Shown here in pieces: positions 11,908 through 24,055 of a DNA stretch of 64,000 nt; positions within the stretch are counted from its first letter, which is position 1, and each line of letters starts with the position of its first letter. This stretch comes from Takakia lepidozioides (lineage: Eukaryota; Plantae; Bryophyta), in the NCBI GenBank assembly GCA_030704615.1, contig CM060733.1, positions 28,644,001 through 28,708,000 of the forward strand, written 5' to 3'. Below the pieces are notes generated by a model that saw only the letters and a program-made list of their open reading frames with translations, ran no database searches and was not told the origin of the DNA. Both the position numbers and the translations under genes were made by a program.

Positions 11908-12270
11908 ATGGGCAATACTTGTATTGGTGCAGCAAGTAAGACCGGCTTCTTCCAAGGCTTCTCACGGACCAATTCCTTTTCTTCTACATGCAACGGTCAG
12001 CCCACGTCCACCTCCCAGGCGGAATTCCGTCACGACCGCACCAGCAACCCGATCAGTAGTCAAGGCTCCCCAAAGCGAGACCTTGAGCATCACACTACCC
12101 AGAAAACACCCCCATTACTAACCACATTCAGCCTGTTGGGGCTGTCCATAACTATGAGCAGTTTAAAGAGGTGATTGAAGCCATGAAGAAAGGTGGGGAG
12201 GTGAAGGTGACACCAGGGCAAAGCCTGACTGCCGCAGTGCTTCAGCGGCAGACGGAGAATCTTAGGGAAG
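11908..12270 (+). pseudogene. Captured 5' fragment of a calcium-dependent protein kinase gene (CPK1/2-like N-terminus)
   Basis: MGNTCIG acylation-type start and GQSLTAAVLQRQTENLRE, which normally precedes the CDPK kinase domain; frameshifted, kinase domain absent. Confidence 0.75.
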
Positions 12271-12330
12271 AAGACGGGGTCCATGGTTTGAAGTCTCATG
12301 ACTACCACAATCTATTGCAAGACATCTTGC

Positions 12331-14139
12331 CCATAAGCAAGAGAGTGTGGAGATAGGGTAGTGGGATGAGAGCATGTTGTGATATGAATTACTTTAGTCT
12401 CTCTTCCTTGTAGTCTTCCACCCTCTCTGTAGGCCAAAACCTTTCTGTAGGTGGAGGCAAGAGTCAGTCCGGGTTTGGGCTGGGGTGTCTTGCAGGAGCG
12501 ACACTGTGGAGTGTTTTTGGTATGGGGGAGTTACTATTTTGATTTTCTTGTGCTTGGATCCCCTCCACACCTGCATGCTTGACTGTCCGCCATGTTAGTT
12601 TTGTGTGGGCGCTTGTTTTCATAAGAGGTTGGTCCGGATTTGATCACCGGTCAATCCTAGAGTGTGCTGTCGATGGTGAGGCTGGGGCGATGACCAGTCA
12701 GACCATCATTGTTCTCTTATGGTGAGGCTAGGTTGATGACCAGCAGACCATAAGAGTGCTTGCGGTGGATGCAGGTGCAGATACAGGTCTACGTTAGAAA
12801 ATTATTTCTGCTTGAACTAGTAGCCGCAACAGGTTCTCTACCCGGTTACCTTGTAGAAAGTGGGGATTAGAGACAGGTTGACAACCGGTTTGAGTGTGAG
12901 TTTTCATCACGGAGGTGCCACCAGTTGCTGAGGAGAGTGCCGGTACGAGCACCAGCGATACTAGTGGGTATACAAGACAAGGTGTGTGGTTTAGGCCACC
13001 TTCACCTTCAGTGTCTTCTGAGGAAGGTTCAGACTCAGAGTTAGGAGGATTCTCGCCGAGGGTGCAAGCCATTTTTGTGCCATTGTTGTGGGATACGATG
13101 GAGGAAATGTATTGAGCTACTAAGGGGCCACGTCGGCACCATCGAGCTTGATGATTTCATACAGGAGTTTGATAGTTGGTGTGATTTGCAGCAGATGCGC
13201 AATCCACAACTGTTTACGCCTTTTATGGCGTGGAAGGGGCTGAGGGGCCACCTATGGATGACTATCATGAGTTTAGGCGGGGAAATGAGGTGGAGATTGA
13301 GGAGTGTCGACAATATTGGTCATCTGACTATGTCTCCATCACTAGAGGCACAAGGGCAGCGGCGACACCAACAACAACACCAACATCCCCAACTGCAAGC
13401 ACTAGTAGTGGGACAAGTAAAGATGGAGCTGGGAAATCCACTCAAGCTCCTGCTGCAGCACCAGCACCCGTGCCTACCTTTAACCCAGTTGTGGAGTTCT
13501 TCGAGGAGTTGAGGAGAAACTACCAGGGGATAAGGACGGATAAATTGCGGAGCTTGCAAGAGTTCCAACGCAAGCCTACTGAGAGTTTGAGGGAGGCTTA
13601 CACGCGCATGAGGCGATTGATAAATGTAACCCAAGGAGTTACGGAAGCTCAAGCAATCCAATTTTGGTATGGGATATTGGACAAGGAGCTGAGGAGAAGG
13701 GTGCGGGATGCAACTCTTCTACAAGTGGACCAGCCCACCTTAGCAAACGTGTTTTTGCTGGTAGAGCGGATAGAGCTCAATATGGTGGAGGAGCGAGTGG
13801 TCATGGTGGGGTTTGGTAAGGAGACACAACGAAGTGGGGCTCCTAGTCAACAACAACCACTACCCCAACGTGTTCAAGGCAACAAGGGGGCTCAGGCGAA
13901 GCCCAGGGAAAGAGATGATCTCAATTGCAGAGGTCACTTCCTTCATTCTCAGGCCAACAACAGTCGGATGTGACATGTTGGGATTGTGGAGGACCCCATG
14001 TTAAGAGAGATTGCCCGAAGAGAGGCAAAGGGCCGGCATAGGCACAGCCTACACAACTACAATGTGGGCATTGTGGCAAGTATGGGCATGAAGAGGCCCA
14101 TTGTTATGACTTGCATCCTGAGCTACGGCCAGGCCAGTT
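12331..14139 (+). mobile_element. DNMT-PHD gypsy copy B: LTR 3' part plus gag (truncated at both ends)
   Basis: gag IELDDFIQEFDSWCD...FQRKPTESLREAYTR; two CCHC knuckles (CWDCGGPHVKRDC ~13977, CGHCGKYGHEEAHC ~14063); similar to 62350-64000. Confidence 0.85.
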
Positions 14140-14278
14140 GGGACATTGACTCCCGAGGTTCGTGAGACAGTCTATAGATTGGGAGGTTATTCCGGTGGAT
14201 TTGTTCCAAAGAGCTGGAAGAAGCAGATTTTCCACGCATGAAAAAAGAGGCGGCGGAGGTAATGTGTATGTTGGAGAT

Positions 14279-17200
14279 CCTGGGGGGTGCACTCTTTATA
14301 AAATGTCTGTATCACGTGCGTTCGCCGCCTAATAAAAAAAACCCCCTATATACGGGTCCTTGGATCATTTATACCCCCTCTGTACATACATTTTGAAGAT
14401 TATAAAACCCCCTCATGTAAATATATAAAAATTTGTAATTTAAAAAAAATACCGCCTTCTGTATGTATATTTTCCTTTCCAATAATTAAAAAATACCCTC
14501 AAATATGTATATGTATGTTTTATATTATATCAAGTTTATTCATTTAAAAATAGAATAAAAATCTAATTAATTAATTAAAAAATCTATTTGCCCTCGATAA
14601 AACTTGTTGTGGAATCTCACTTTGAACAAAAATCAGATGCAGAGAGGAAGGGACATTGTCAATGCCCGATGTGCAAGAGGCCTGAAGAAAGTTTCCATTT
14701 TCTGATATACAGTCCTGGGTATTTTCATCAGAGAGTGAACCTCTTGAAGACCATCAAGACCTAGTCACTGCACCTCTGTTCATCAACTAGGACAGTTTCT
14801 GAACTTGTTCTACAGTTTCAACCTTCGTAAGGTCCAATTATATTCAAAACCTACTATTGAGAATTCCTCTCCAAAAAGAGATTTCGTGCGCCTTTGCTGC
14901 CACTGTTGGAGTCCAACCTGCCTCGCAGTTGATAGAGTTCAATACATTCAATTAGGTGACAAACATTTCATTTCACCAATACTCCCCACAAGAACAAACA
15001 CCATTTTGGAAGTGGTGAAAGCGGTTTGCATCCCGTACAACAATCTCTTGCTTAGCTCTCTTTGAGATGAATTTGGTGGCTGTGTGGCAATCACCACACA
15101 TCTGAAGATTCCTAATGATCCCAAAGACATCCCAGAGGGTGCGTTGATAAGCCAAAAACAATGGCCAACTTCTCATTGTGGTGGCAAAGAGACGATTCTT
15201 TAAGCTCTTCCTCAACATCATGCAATGCAAAGCGGGCTTCACCCCTTCGCACATCATTTGCTCATAGGTCTCCAAAGCCTCCATCCCGCGCCCTTGCTGT
15301 GCATATCCTGCAATCATCGCACTCCACGACATCACATCTCGTTCAGCCATACCGTCGAACACTCCCTTCATACATGTCCACGAGGGTATTGTTCATAATG
15401 ACATTTGATACAATTGCAAATCTGACAATGTCGCCATGGACCTCTTTGCCCTTTTCCAGAGCTGACAGGCTTGCACACGCATTGCAAATGTACACAAACG
15501 TGATGTGGTTGGGCTTCACCCCTTCCCCCATCATTTGATCATAGGTCTCCAAAGTTTCCATACCACGTCCCTGCTGTGCATACCCTACAAGCACCGCACT
15601 CCACGACACCACACCTCGTTCAGCCATGGAAACTCCCTTCGCATCCTTAATGCACCCATATTTGGCATACATGTCCACCAGGGGAGTGTTCATAATGACA
15701 TCTGGTACAATTCCAGCTTTGACAATGTCACCATGGACCTCTTTCCCCTTTTCCAGAGCTCGCAAGCTTGGACACTCATTGCATCCTGCTAACATTATAT
15801 TCCACGTGATCAAAGATCGTTGAGGCATTCTGTTGAACACTTGGTGAGCATCGATGATACTCCCGCACATAACATACATGTTGACAAGGGTGTTGAGTAG
15901 AAAAACATTGTGGACTCCCTCTCTTGATCCTCTTTCAGAAGCTGTGGTCATGGTTGAGGTGCCTGATTTTATCAACTGTGCCGCTGCAGCTGCAGCCTTT
16001 AGTTGACCATCTACCCATGCAGGTTTCTTGTAGCTACTGACCCCCACATGGAATCAAGGTAATCTGGAGCTTGAAGTCTAGCCCTCTTGGATGAATCTGG
16101 ACCCACACTCTATCCATGCTCATTCAGGAAAAAACAGGGAAAAACAGGCTGAAATGTGTTGAAGAAGGTACCTTCATTAGCAGCGCCTTGTTCTATCAAA
16201 TGCACTGCTGCCGCTGCTGTTTCCAGTTGACCATCTACCCACGCAGCTTTCTTGTAGCTATTGATCCGCAGGGAATCAGAAGTAATATTGTGTTTAAAAT
16301 CAATCTCTTGGATGAATGTGTTCCTCGACACCACCTCGTTCAGCCATAGTGTTGAACACTCCCTCCGCATCCTCAATGCTCCCACAAATGGCATACATGT
16401 CCACAAGGGTATTGTTCATAATCACATCCGGTACAATTCCAGCTTTGGTGATGCAACCATGCACCTCTTTGCCCTTTTCCATGGCTGCAAGCTTGCACAC
16501 GCACTGCAAACGCACACAAACATGATGTGGTCGAGCTTCACCCCTTCCCCCATCATCTGCTTTCAGGTCTCCAAAGCCCCATCTCGCGCTCCTGCTCTGC
16601 ACACCCTGCAAGCATCGATTTCCACGACACCACATCTCATTCACCATAGTGTTGAATATTCCTTTGGCATCCTCAATGCTCCCACATTTGGCGTACATGG
16701 CCACCAGAGCAATGTTCAGGATGACATTTGGTACAATTGCAGATTTGATGATGTCACCAGGGATCTCTTTGTCCTTTTCCAGGGCTGCCAGACGCACTGC
16801 AAACGCACACAAACGTTATGTGGGAGGTTTCACCCCTTCCCCCATCATTTGCTCATAGGTCTCCAAAGCCTCCATCCCGTACCCCTGCTGTGCATACCGT
16901 GCAAACATCACAATCCACGACACCACATCTTGTTCAGCCATAGTGTTCAGAATGACAGGTAATCTGACAGGCATTCACCTTTTTGCCTCGGTTGTCCCAC
17001 CATTGACTGGGGTCAGAAAAGTATTCATTCCACAGCTTCTCCTCATCTCTGTTACCTCTTTTAGGATACTTTCCTGTTATCAGTTGGGAGTATCATGTCA
17101 AAGTCACTCCAAACTATCAAAGATTCACTCAACCAGCTAACTTGCAAAATTCAATATGGAGATTTAGGGCCGATTCTGATAAGAGGGAAAAACAGGGTGA

Positions 17201-19294
17201 AATGTGTTGAAGAAGGTGCCTTCATTAGCAACGCTTGATTTTATCAATTGTGCCACTGCTGCTGCAGCTTCCACTTGACCATCTATCCATGCAGGTTTCT
17301 TGTAGGTAATCATAGGTAATCTGGAAAACGGCTCCTGGCAAATCACCTTCATCTTCCCAGACAATCTTCTCAGCTCAGCATGGGATTTCCTTAATTCTGG
17401 GATGCAACTTGTCATCTACAACGAAGGTGAGCACCTTGTTGCAAACCTCAATGCAGCAGCGACCTGGCTCCTTTTCAACCCCTCTGACCTTCATCATTCT
17501 TCTCACCTTTACAGTATCAACCCACCTGCCAGCTACTGCATAGATGTTTGATAGCAACATAAGTCGCGACATCCTGTTCATTCCACTTGAGGATAGATGT
17601 TGCCGCACGTTCAGGTCCACTGCCTCATCCAGTTGTCCCCCACGTCCAAGAAGGTCCACCATGCAGCCAAAGTGCTATACTGTCGGAGTGACACCATGAT
17701 CTTGAATCAAGGAATCGAAGTAGTGTCTTTCTTCATTCAGAAGGCCAGTGTGGATGCATGCAGAGAGAACACAAACTGCTTCAAGCCGTTCTTTTGCATT
17801 CCTTCAAATAGTTGCAGGACCTCCCTATGACAACCATGCTGTGCATATCCTACGATCATTGCATTCCACGATACCACATCTCATTTAGCCATATTGTCGA
17901 ACACTCCCTTTGTATCCTCCATGCACCCACATTTGGCATACATGTCCACCGGGGCAGTGTTCAGGATCACTTTTGGTACAATTCCAGCTCTGACGATGTC
18001 GGCATGCACCTCTTCGCCCTTTTCCAGGGCTGCCAGGCTTGCACACGCACTGCAAACGCACACAAACGTGATGTGGTCGGGCTTCAACCCGTCACACATC
18101 ATTTGCTCATAGGTCTCCAAAGCCTCCATCCCACGTCCCTGCTGTGCATACCCTGCAAGCACCGCATTCCACGACACCACACCTCGTTCAGCCATAGTGT
18201 CAAACACTCCCTTTGACTTTGTAAATGAAGATAGGTCCCTTTGATGGGGCATGGATTGTAGTGGTTTCGCAGTCCTACTTGTTGTTTCCTCGTCGCCATG
18301 TCCATCTTCTACTTTGGGGCGGGGTCAGGGCTGGCAAGGTTTTAGCAACCAGTGTCATGACTCTCTCTCTCTTCCTCTTTGTTCTGCCCAATCTGGGTGC
18401 AGGATCTATGGCCACAAGGCTATCATGAGTACTTTCTCCCTCACACACACCTCTCCCTGTTCCGCCCAAACTGGGCATGGACTAGGTAAATAGCCACAAT
18501 GCAATGACAAACGTCGTATGAGTACATTTCGCTCTCTCTACTCTTGGCAATAGACTGAAATTGAAATGCAGTCGGGGAGCGTACCTTTGAACAAACAAAC
18601 AGATGCAGAGAGGAAAGGTAGCCTATCAATGCCCGACGTGCGGGAAGCCTGAAGACTAAACATTTTCTGATAGACCCTCTTCACTTACATCAAGAACAGA
18701 GTCCTTGCACGGCTGTTCGCCAAGATGCACCCACATTTTGCAAACATATCCACCAGGGTATTGTTCAGAATGACAGCTGGTACAATTCCAGCTCTAAAGA
18801 TGTTGCCATGGACCTCTTTCCCCTTTTCCAGAGCTGCCAGGGCAGTGTTTAGAATGACATTTGGTACAATTCCAGCTTTGACGCTATCCCCATGCACCTC
18901 TTTGCCCTTCTCTAGGGCTGCCAGGCTTGCACGACGCCACATCTTGTTCAGCCATCTTCGCGGAAGGGAAGTCGAACGCGGGAGAGGAGATGAGAAGAGG
19001 AGAGGGAAAAGAAAAAGCCGTCGGAGGGAAGGGGAGAAAGATCGCGGGAAGACAGAAAAAAAAAACCAAACAAAAGGATGAACCCGCGACTTAATCCCGC
19101 GGTGCATCGCAGCCTAATCGTCGTTCTTACCACTACACTACCCCTGAAAACTCAACAACCCCCTCATGTAATATTATATTTAAGGTGTTTTAAAACCCCC
19201 TCTGTATGTATAATGTTGTACATGGGGGGTTTAAAATACCCCCTCCTGTGCACGCACATGGCTGGTACATTTAATGAGGAGTGCACCCCCCAGG
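14279..19294. mobile_element. Non-autonomous Pack-type TIR transposon (5016 bp) carrying PPR-DYW fragments
   Basis: Perfect 16-bp TIRs CCTGGGGGGTGCACTC / GAGTGCACCCCCCAGG; 8-bp TSD TTGGAGAT at 14271-14278 and 19295-19302; removing the element restores TnpD MCMLEMHIPPSFFD; ACCCCCTC(A)TGTA subterminal motifs at both ends; no transposase inside. Confidence 0.9.
14973..18960 (-). pseudogene. Fragmented PLS-class PPR / E-E+ / DYW RNA-editing factor sequences
   Basis: Repeated P-L-S units ([26 protein letters not shown]; ACASLAALEKGKEVHG; NTALVDMYAKCG); E/PG box LLSNIYAVAGRW..GVEKEPGRCCIEV (~17440-17560); DYW domain [16 protein letters not shown] / [29 protein letters not shown] (14973-15230). Confidence 0.9.
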
Positions 19295-21684
19295 TTGGAG
19301 ATGCACATTCCTCCCTCCTTCTTTGACATCCACACTTGATAGTGCACTTAGTGGAAGAGGCTTCGATTACCGGCCCCGTTCATTATCGGTGGATGTACTT
19401 CCTTGAGCATTATATGAAGACTTTGAAAAGATTTGTAAGGCAAATGGCGCACCCGGAGGGTAGCATGGCGGAGGGGTATACGTTGCAAGAAGCTATGTTC
19501 TATTGCACGGAGTACATGGCAAGGGTGGATGAGGAAGCCCCTCGGATGTGGAAGGAGGATGCACGAACCAATGACATCGTTTTGCCCAAAAAATCGAAGA
19601 GGGTAAAATTGCCGACCTTGGTGATTGAGCAAGCGCATGACTTCATACTGAAGAACACCCCATCCATACATGAGTGGGAGACAAGATACAATAATCTGGT
19701 TCAGCAACGAGAGGATGAGACACTTGCATGGAGGCGGAACCATCCAAGGCCGGTTACTAGACGCCCACGACGAGGAGCGGGCCGCCGGAATGTTTCTTCA
19801 CAAAATTTGCCCATGGAATTGCAGCCTCTAAGTTCATTCCAACAGTGGCTTCGGACTTCAGTTTATGACGCCGTTGCTCAAGGAGAGGTGGTTTCAGATT
19901 TGGTGCAAGACATTGCAAGGAGCCCTTCTCAATTTGCGACCTCATACACGGCGGTTTGGGTTCATGGTCGTCATTTCCGCATTCGTGCTCTTGACATGAA
20001 GCGCAAAACAACCTTTGATTCTGGCTTGTGTGCCACATATTGGCAAGACTCCATGTGGGGCAAGGGAGATACACGACCTGCTATGAGCAAACTTGAGTAC
20101 ATTGGAGAGCTTGAGAACGTACTCCAACTTCAGTATACAAGGTAGCGGCCTCTTCTCTTCAAGGAAAGATGGTTCCAGCCACATCTGTGGGGCCCTTCGC
20201 AACACTAGTGCAAAATGATTGTGGTTTCATGCGCATCAATGCAGATAGGCTCAACCCTACTCATCGTCCCTCCGATGAGCTTTTTTCACGACTTTCAGAC
20301 ATGGAGCAAGTTTTCTTTTCCGATGACAAAACAAGAGGGGGGGATTGGAAGGTGGTTGTGCATGCTCAGCCAAGAGAAAGACGTATCTATCATGGTCACG
20401 GATCTCCATGGGGTGAGGCAATTGCGGTGGACGGAGAGACTGGTTATAATGATGCTGATGATGGAGGTTGGGTAGAGGGGTAGAAGAGGATGATGATGCC
20501 CCGGACAATGCATCCTGGACCCTATATGATGAAGCTCTAGAAGATACGGATGTTGGAGAAGGAGACAAAGACACGGCCATTGACAACGAGGTGGAGGATG
20601 ATTTGGAGGTGCCTTTTGAGGGCCGGGCCATTTATGACGATGACTCCGATGACCAAGAAGACTTGTTGCTTGATGAGGATGAAGAAGCTCCGGATGATGA
20701 TGTTCAAGTTGATTAGACACAAAATCAAAGCTACATAACAATTCTCGCACCGAATTGGACCCATCTCTTTGATTGATTGTACATGTACATGCATATTGTA
20801 CTTTATTTCTATGATTGATCAAATATGGCTGTGGCTGATAGTCTTTTAAGAAAGAAGGCAGAAGCAATGAATATGTTGGAGCGACACATACAGATGTGGT
20901 ATCAAAAGAATTATCAAAATGAATGTCACAATCTACAAGAAGGTCCACAACAACAAGCTAAACCATTAAGAAAAACAAACACCCTACCCCAGTACCATAT
21001 GAAAAAAAAAAAAAAAACTAAGAACCCCAAAGGCCCTAAACTTAAACCTAGAAAGCCCTGCCGTCGATGCTTGCAACCCCCACGCGTCGGCACCTGCGAC
21101 GCGGTTTTTAGGATTTATGAGGCCGGGGGTTGCAAACGGCGACGGCCAACCGTCGCCAACTGCGACCTGTTTTTTTGAATGGATTTATGAGGCCTGGGGT
21201 CGCAAACGGCAATGGCCAGCCGTCGCAAACTAACCTGTTTTTTTTGTTTTGCAAGAATAGGGCAGCCGGGCAATTTGCGATGCCCCGCCATCGCAGGGGC
21301 CTTTTGCCCTTCATGTCACCATGCGACGGCCTGACGTTGCAAGAAAGGGCTGCGATGAAAGAAATGGCAAGAAAGGGTTTTTTTTTTCGGCGTGCAACGA
21401 CCGGTCATCGCTAGAAAGGGCTGCCTTCTGCTCTTCGCTTGGGGGGGGGGGGGGGGGGGGCACTTGGGCGTCGCACGGAAGGGCTGTCTTTTGCATTTTA
21501 TCCGCACGTGCGACGGTCAGGCGTCGCCATCTGGCCCCGGCGCTAGGTGGCGACCCGTGGGATTTGGCTGCGACGGCCCGACGTCGCAAATACGCTCCGC
21601 GGGGTTGGCGTCGCATGCTCAGCGCCGCGCGGGGCGTGGGGCCACAGCTGACATCGCAAACCCCCCCCCCCATTTGCTGTAGTG

Positions 21685-23283
21685 TGGTTTGCAAAAGAGA
21701 TACCTAGGATATTGGGATCTTCATGTACCTTGGTTAGCCATGGGCTACAGGTTTAGCAAGCAAACATCACTTGTCTCATTCTCACCATATTTCCTTCTCT
21801 TTGGCCAAGAGTCGGATTTGCCTGCATCTATTCGCAAGGAGGCTGCAGTAGTCCTCAACCTTGATTATCCGGATGTATGGACACAAGCATGTGCCCAACG
21901 GGCAAAGTTATTCAAGAGAGTCATGCCTATGGCTTTTGAGAATCTTGCTATTGCCCAACACCGAGACACATTGAGGTATGTCACTATGCATGGAGGGGGG
22001 TATCGGCCAGGTGTTTGGCGTTTCCACCCTGGGGACTATGTGTATCTGCAGTAGAGAACGCCTACGACATTGGATGTCACAGCAAGACATGTGATTCTAA
22101 GGATCAGGGAGGTGTTGCCTTCAGGAGTATTGATTTTGGAGGGTCGAGATGGCATGGTATGGAAGGACCATGTACGCAATTGTGCGCCATGTCACCTTCC
22201 ACATGTGGATGGGAGGATAGATCCCAACCTTGCAGTGGTACCTGCAGGATTGTGTTGCTATGTGGGCATGCTCGTGGTGCCGCCACTATGCTGGTGTGTG
22301 ATCGATGCTCAAGAGGTTGGCACATGGGATGTTTGACACCACCTCTTGAGAGGGTTCCTGATGGAGATTGGTTATGTCCGCACTGCTTGGGATAGTGGCA
22401 GTGGATATGACTAGTGGCAGCTAACAAGACATGGGAGGCCAAGCTCATGGAAGTCAATACCCGAGATCTCAGACTCAAGTTCACAGGTTGCAAGATGACG
22501 ACTAACAATGGGGCAACTCTTGTACCCGGCCTCTTGATCTATCGAGTTTGAGTGTAGTAGGGACAGTGGTGGAGGACTTTGTGAGGCTATGATCACTATC
22601 ACATCTTGTGGCTACCTGGACTTAGAGGGACCTAAACGCTAGCTAGGGGGGTAATTGTGATGGACTAGTGGCTCCACTAGTGGTGGCTAGTGGCAACCTA
22701 GTGGTGCACTAGTGTTTGGTGTGCACATGTGTTGTGTGGTTTTGGACAACGACGTAGTTGTGTAGCGATATGTATGCACACCACAACTGTCAAGTTATTT
22801 TACCACTAGTGTGAAGTTAGCTAGGAAATAGTTAGCTTTTATATATTGACATTTGGGATTGACCCAAGTGTTAATCCAGGGGCCAATATATGTTTGGGCA
22901 CCTGACGTTGTTATCTTCACGACAGATCGCGGTGGGTTCATCTTTATTGAGTTGAGCCTCACCGCGTCTAGTTATGGCGCCGTAGTGTGGATTCCCCATG
23001 GCGTGGGGTGCACTTGGCTCGACTTAATATGAATGATGTTTTCATGTGCAAATGTGTGAGTTTGAGAGAGCTTGTGTGCTTGTATCATTCATTTCTTTCT
23101 TTATCATTGTGATGGACTAGTGGTTGTACTAGTGGTGGCTAGTGGTCGCCTAGTGGTTGGACTAGTGGTTGTCTAGTGGCAGCCTAGTGGTGGACTAGTG
23201 GTGGACTAGTGTTTGGTGTGCACATGTGTTGTGTAGTTTTGGACAACGATGTAGTTGTGTAGCGATATGTATGCGCACGACAC
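21685..23283 (+). mobile_element. DNMT-PHD gypsy copy E: integrase tail, PHD, PPT and partial 3' LTR with a duplicated LTR start
   Basis: Peptides 21689-22395 are near-identical to copy D (WDLHVPWLAMGYRFS...MLVCDRCSRGWHMGCLTPPLERVPDGDWLCPHC); PPT AGGGGGG at 22645-22651; LTR starts TGTGATGG at 22656 and again at 23108. Confidence 0.88.
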
Positions 23284-23818
23284 CTTTATTACATTAATTT
23301 TTAAAGTAAAACTCTAGATTTTTTGTGACATTTAAAAAAAAAAAATGGGTGGAAGGATATTGCTCTACAGTATTTTTTAAGTAATTTAAAAAAAATTACC
23401 TCAAAAGAATAAACTGCACCCTATATTTGTTCTCACGTGGTTTTGAAAATACGGGGAGTGACCCCCCCAAGGCAGATAGTAAGTGCCTAAACCATTCAAT
23501 TTTGATGTTTTCATGCAGTGAAAATCTGCTGCCACAGTAGTAGTTCAGTTTACTCGATGTAGTCATTTCATTGACTGGAGGCAGTGAGCATACAATCACT
23601 GTGTAGCCACTACAGGTTTATGAAGAGGACTTAGGATTATTATGTCATTCTTTATCAAGGGTTTAATATATATATATATATATATATATACTGGTTTTCA
23701 CTATGTTTTGTTGTGGTCAACAGAGAATGAGCATATAAAACATGCACGTGATGCATTCACAATTTCATGAAGACGAAACCAATCCACACGTGCACTCCCC
23801 ATTGAGTATCCCTCGACA

Positions 23819-24055
23819 ATGAATGAGTTGGAGCTATTAATTTCCAGCTCGGTTAGGGCCCGGGTAAGTGGATTTGCAAGGGACAATGAAGTGGAGGACA
23901 AAGATATGGTATATCTATCATTTCCCCCTTCATTGACAACCACCTCCTATCGCTCAATGAAAACTTATGGCAATCATTATCGTGTGAATGATGAAGCATC
24001 TCGTCTTAATGTAACTATTGATAGTGGCGTTGCCTCAGTTTTCCAACAGCTGTAT
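23819..24055 (+). pseudogene. CACTA TnpD fragment (region preceding DUF4216)
   Basis: TSYRSMKTYGNHYRV...TIDSGVASVF parallels TSYTAVWVHGRHFRI...TFDSGLCATY in ORF 19336-20145. Confidence 0.65.

Larger units (their letters stand above)
12271..21684 (+). mobile_element. CACTA element: TnpD split by two insertions, right terminus intact
   Basis: GLKSHDYHNLLQDILPI (~12285-12336) / GTLTPEVRETVYRLG..WICSKE..VMCMLE (14140-14278) / MHIPPSFFDI..HLIVHLVEEASITGPVHYRWMY..PEGSMAEGY (DUF4218-like, from 19295) and DUF4216-like EQVFFSDDK..WKVV; GTCGCA/TGCGAC subterminal repeats at 21060-21660; terminus CATTTGCTGTAGTG (reverse complement CACTACAGCAAATG) ends at 21684. Confidence 0.88.

Noticed and set aside
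12092-12110. CACTACCCAGAAAA as the left TIR of the CACTA ending at 21684
   Set aside because: Only 6 bp match CACTACAGCAAATG, there is no matching 3-bp TSD, and it lies inside the CDPK fragment.
15960-16047. KKPAW as the KP box of U-to-C (DYW:KP) editing factors
   Set aside because: It is not positioned between E motifs and a DYW domain, and the actual box at ~17450 is PG-type (KEPGRCCIEV), consistent with a C-to-U editor.
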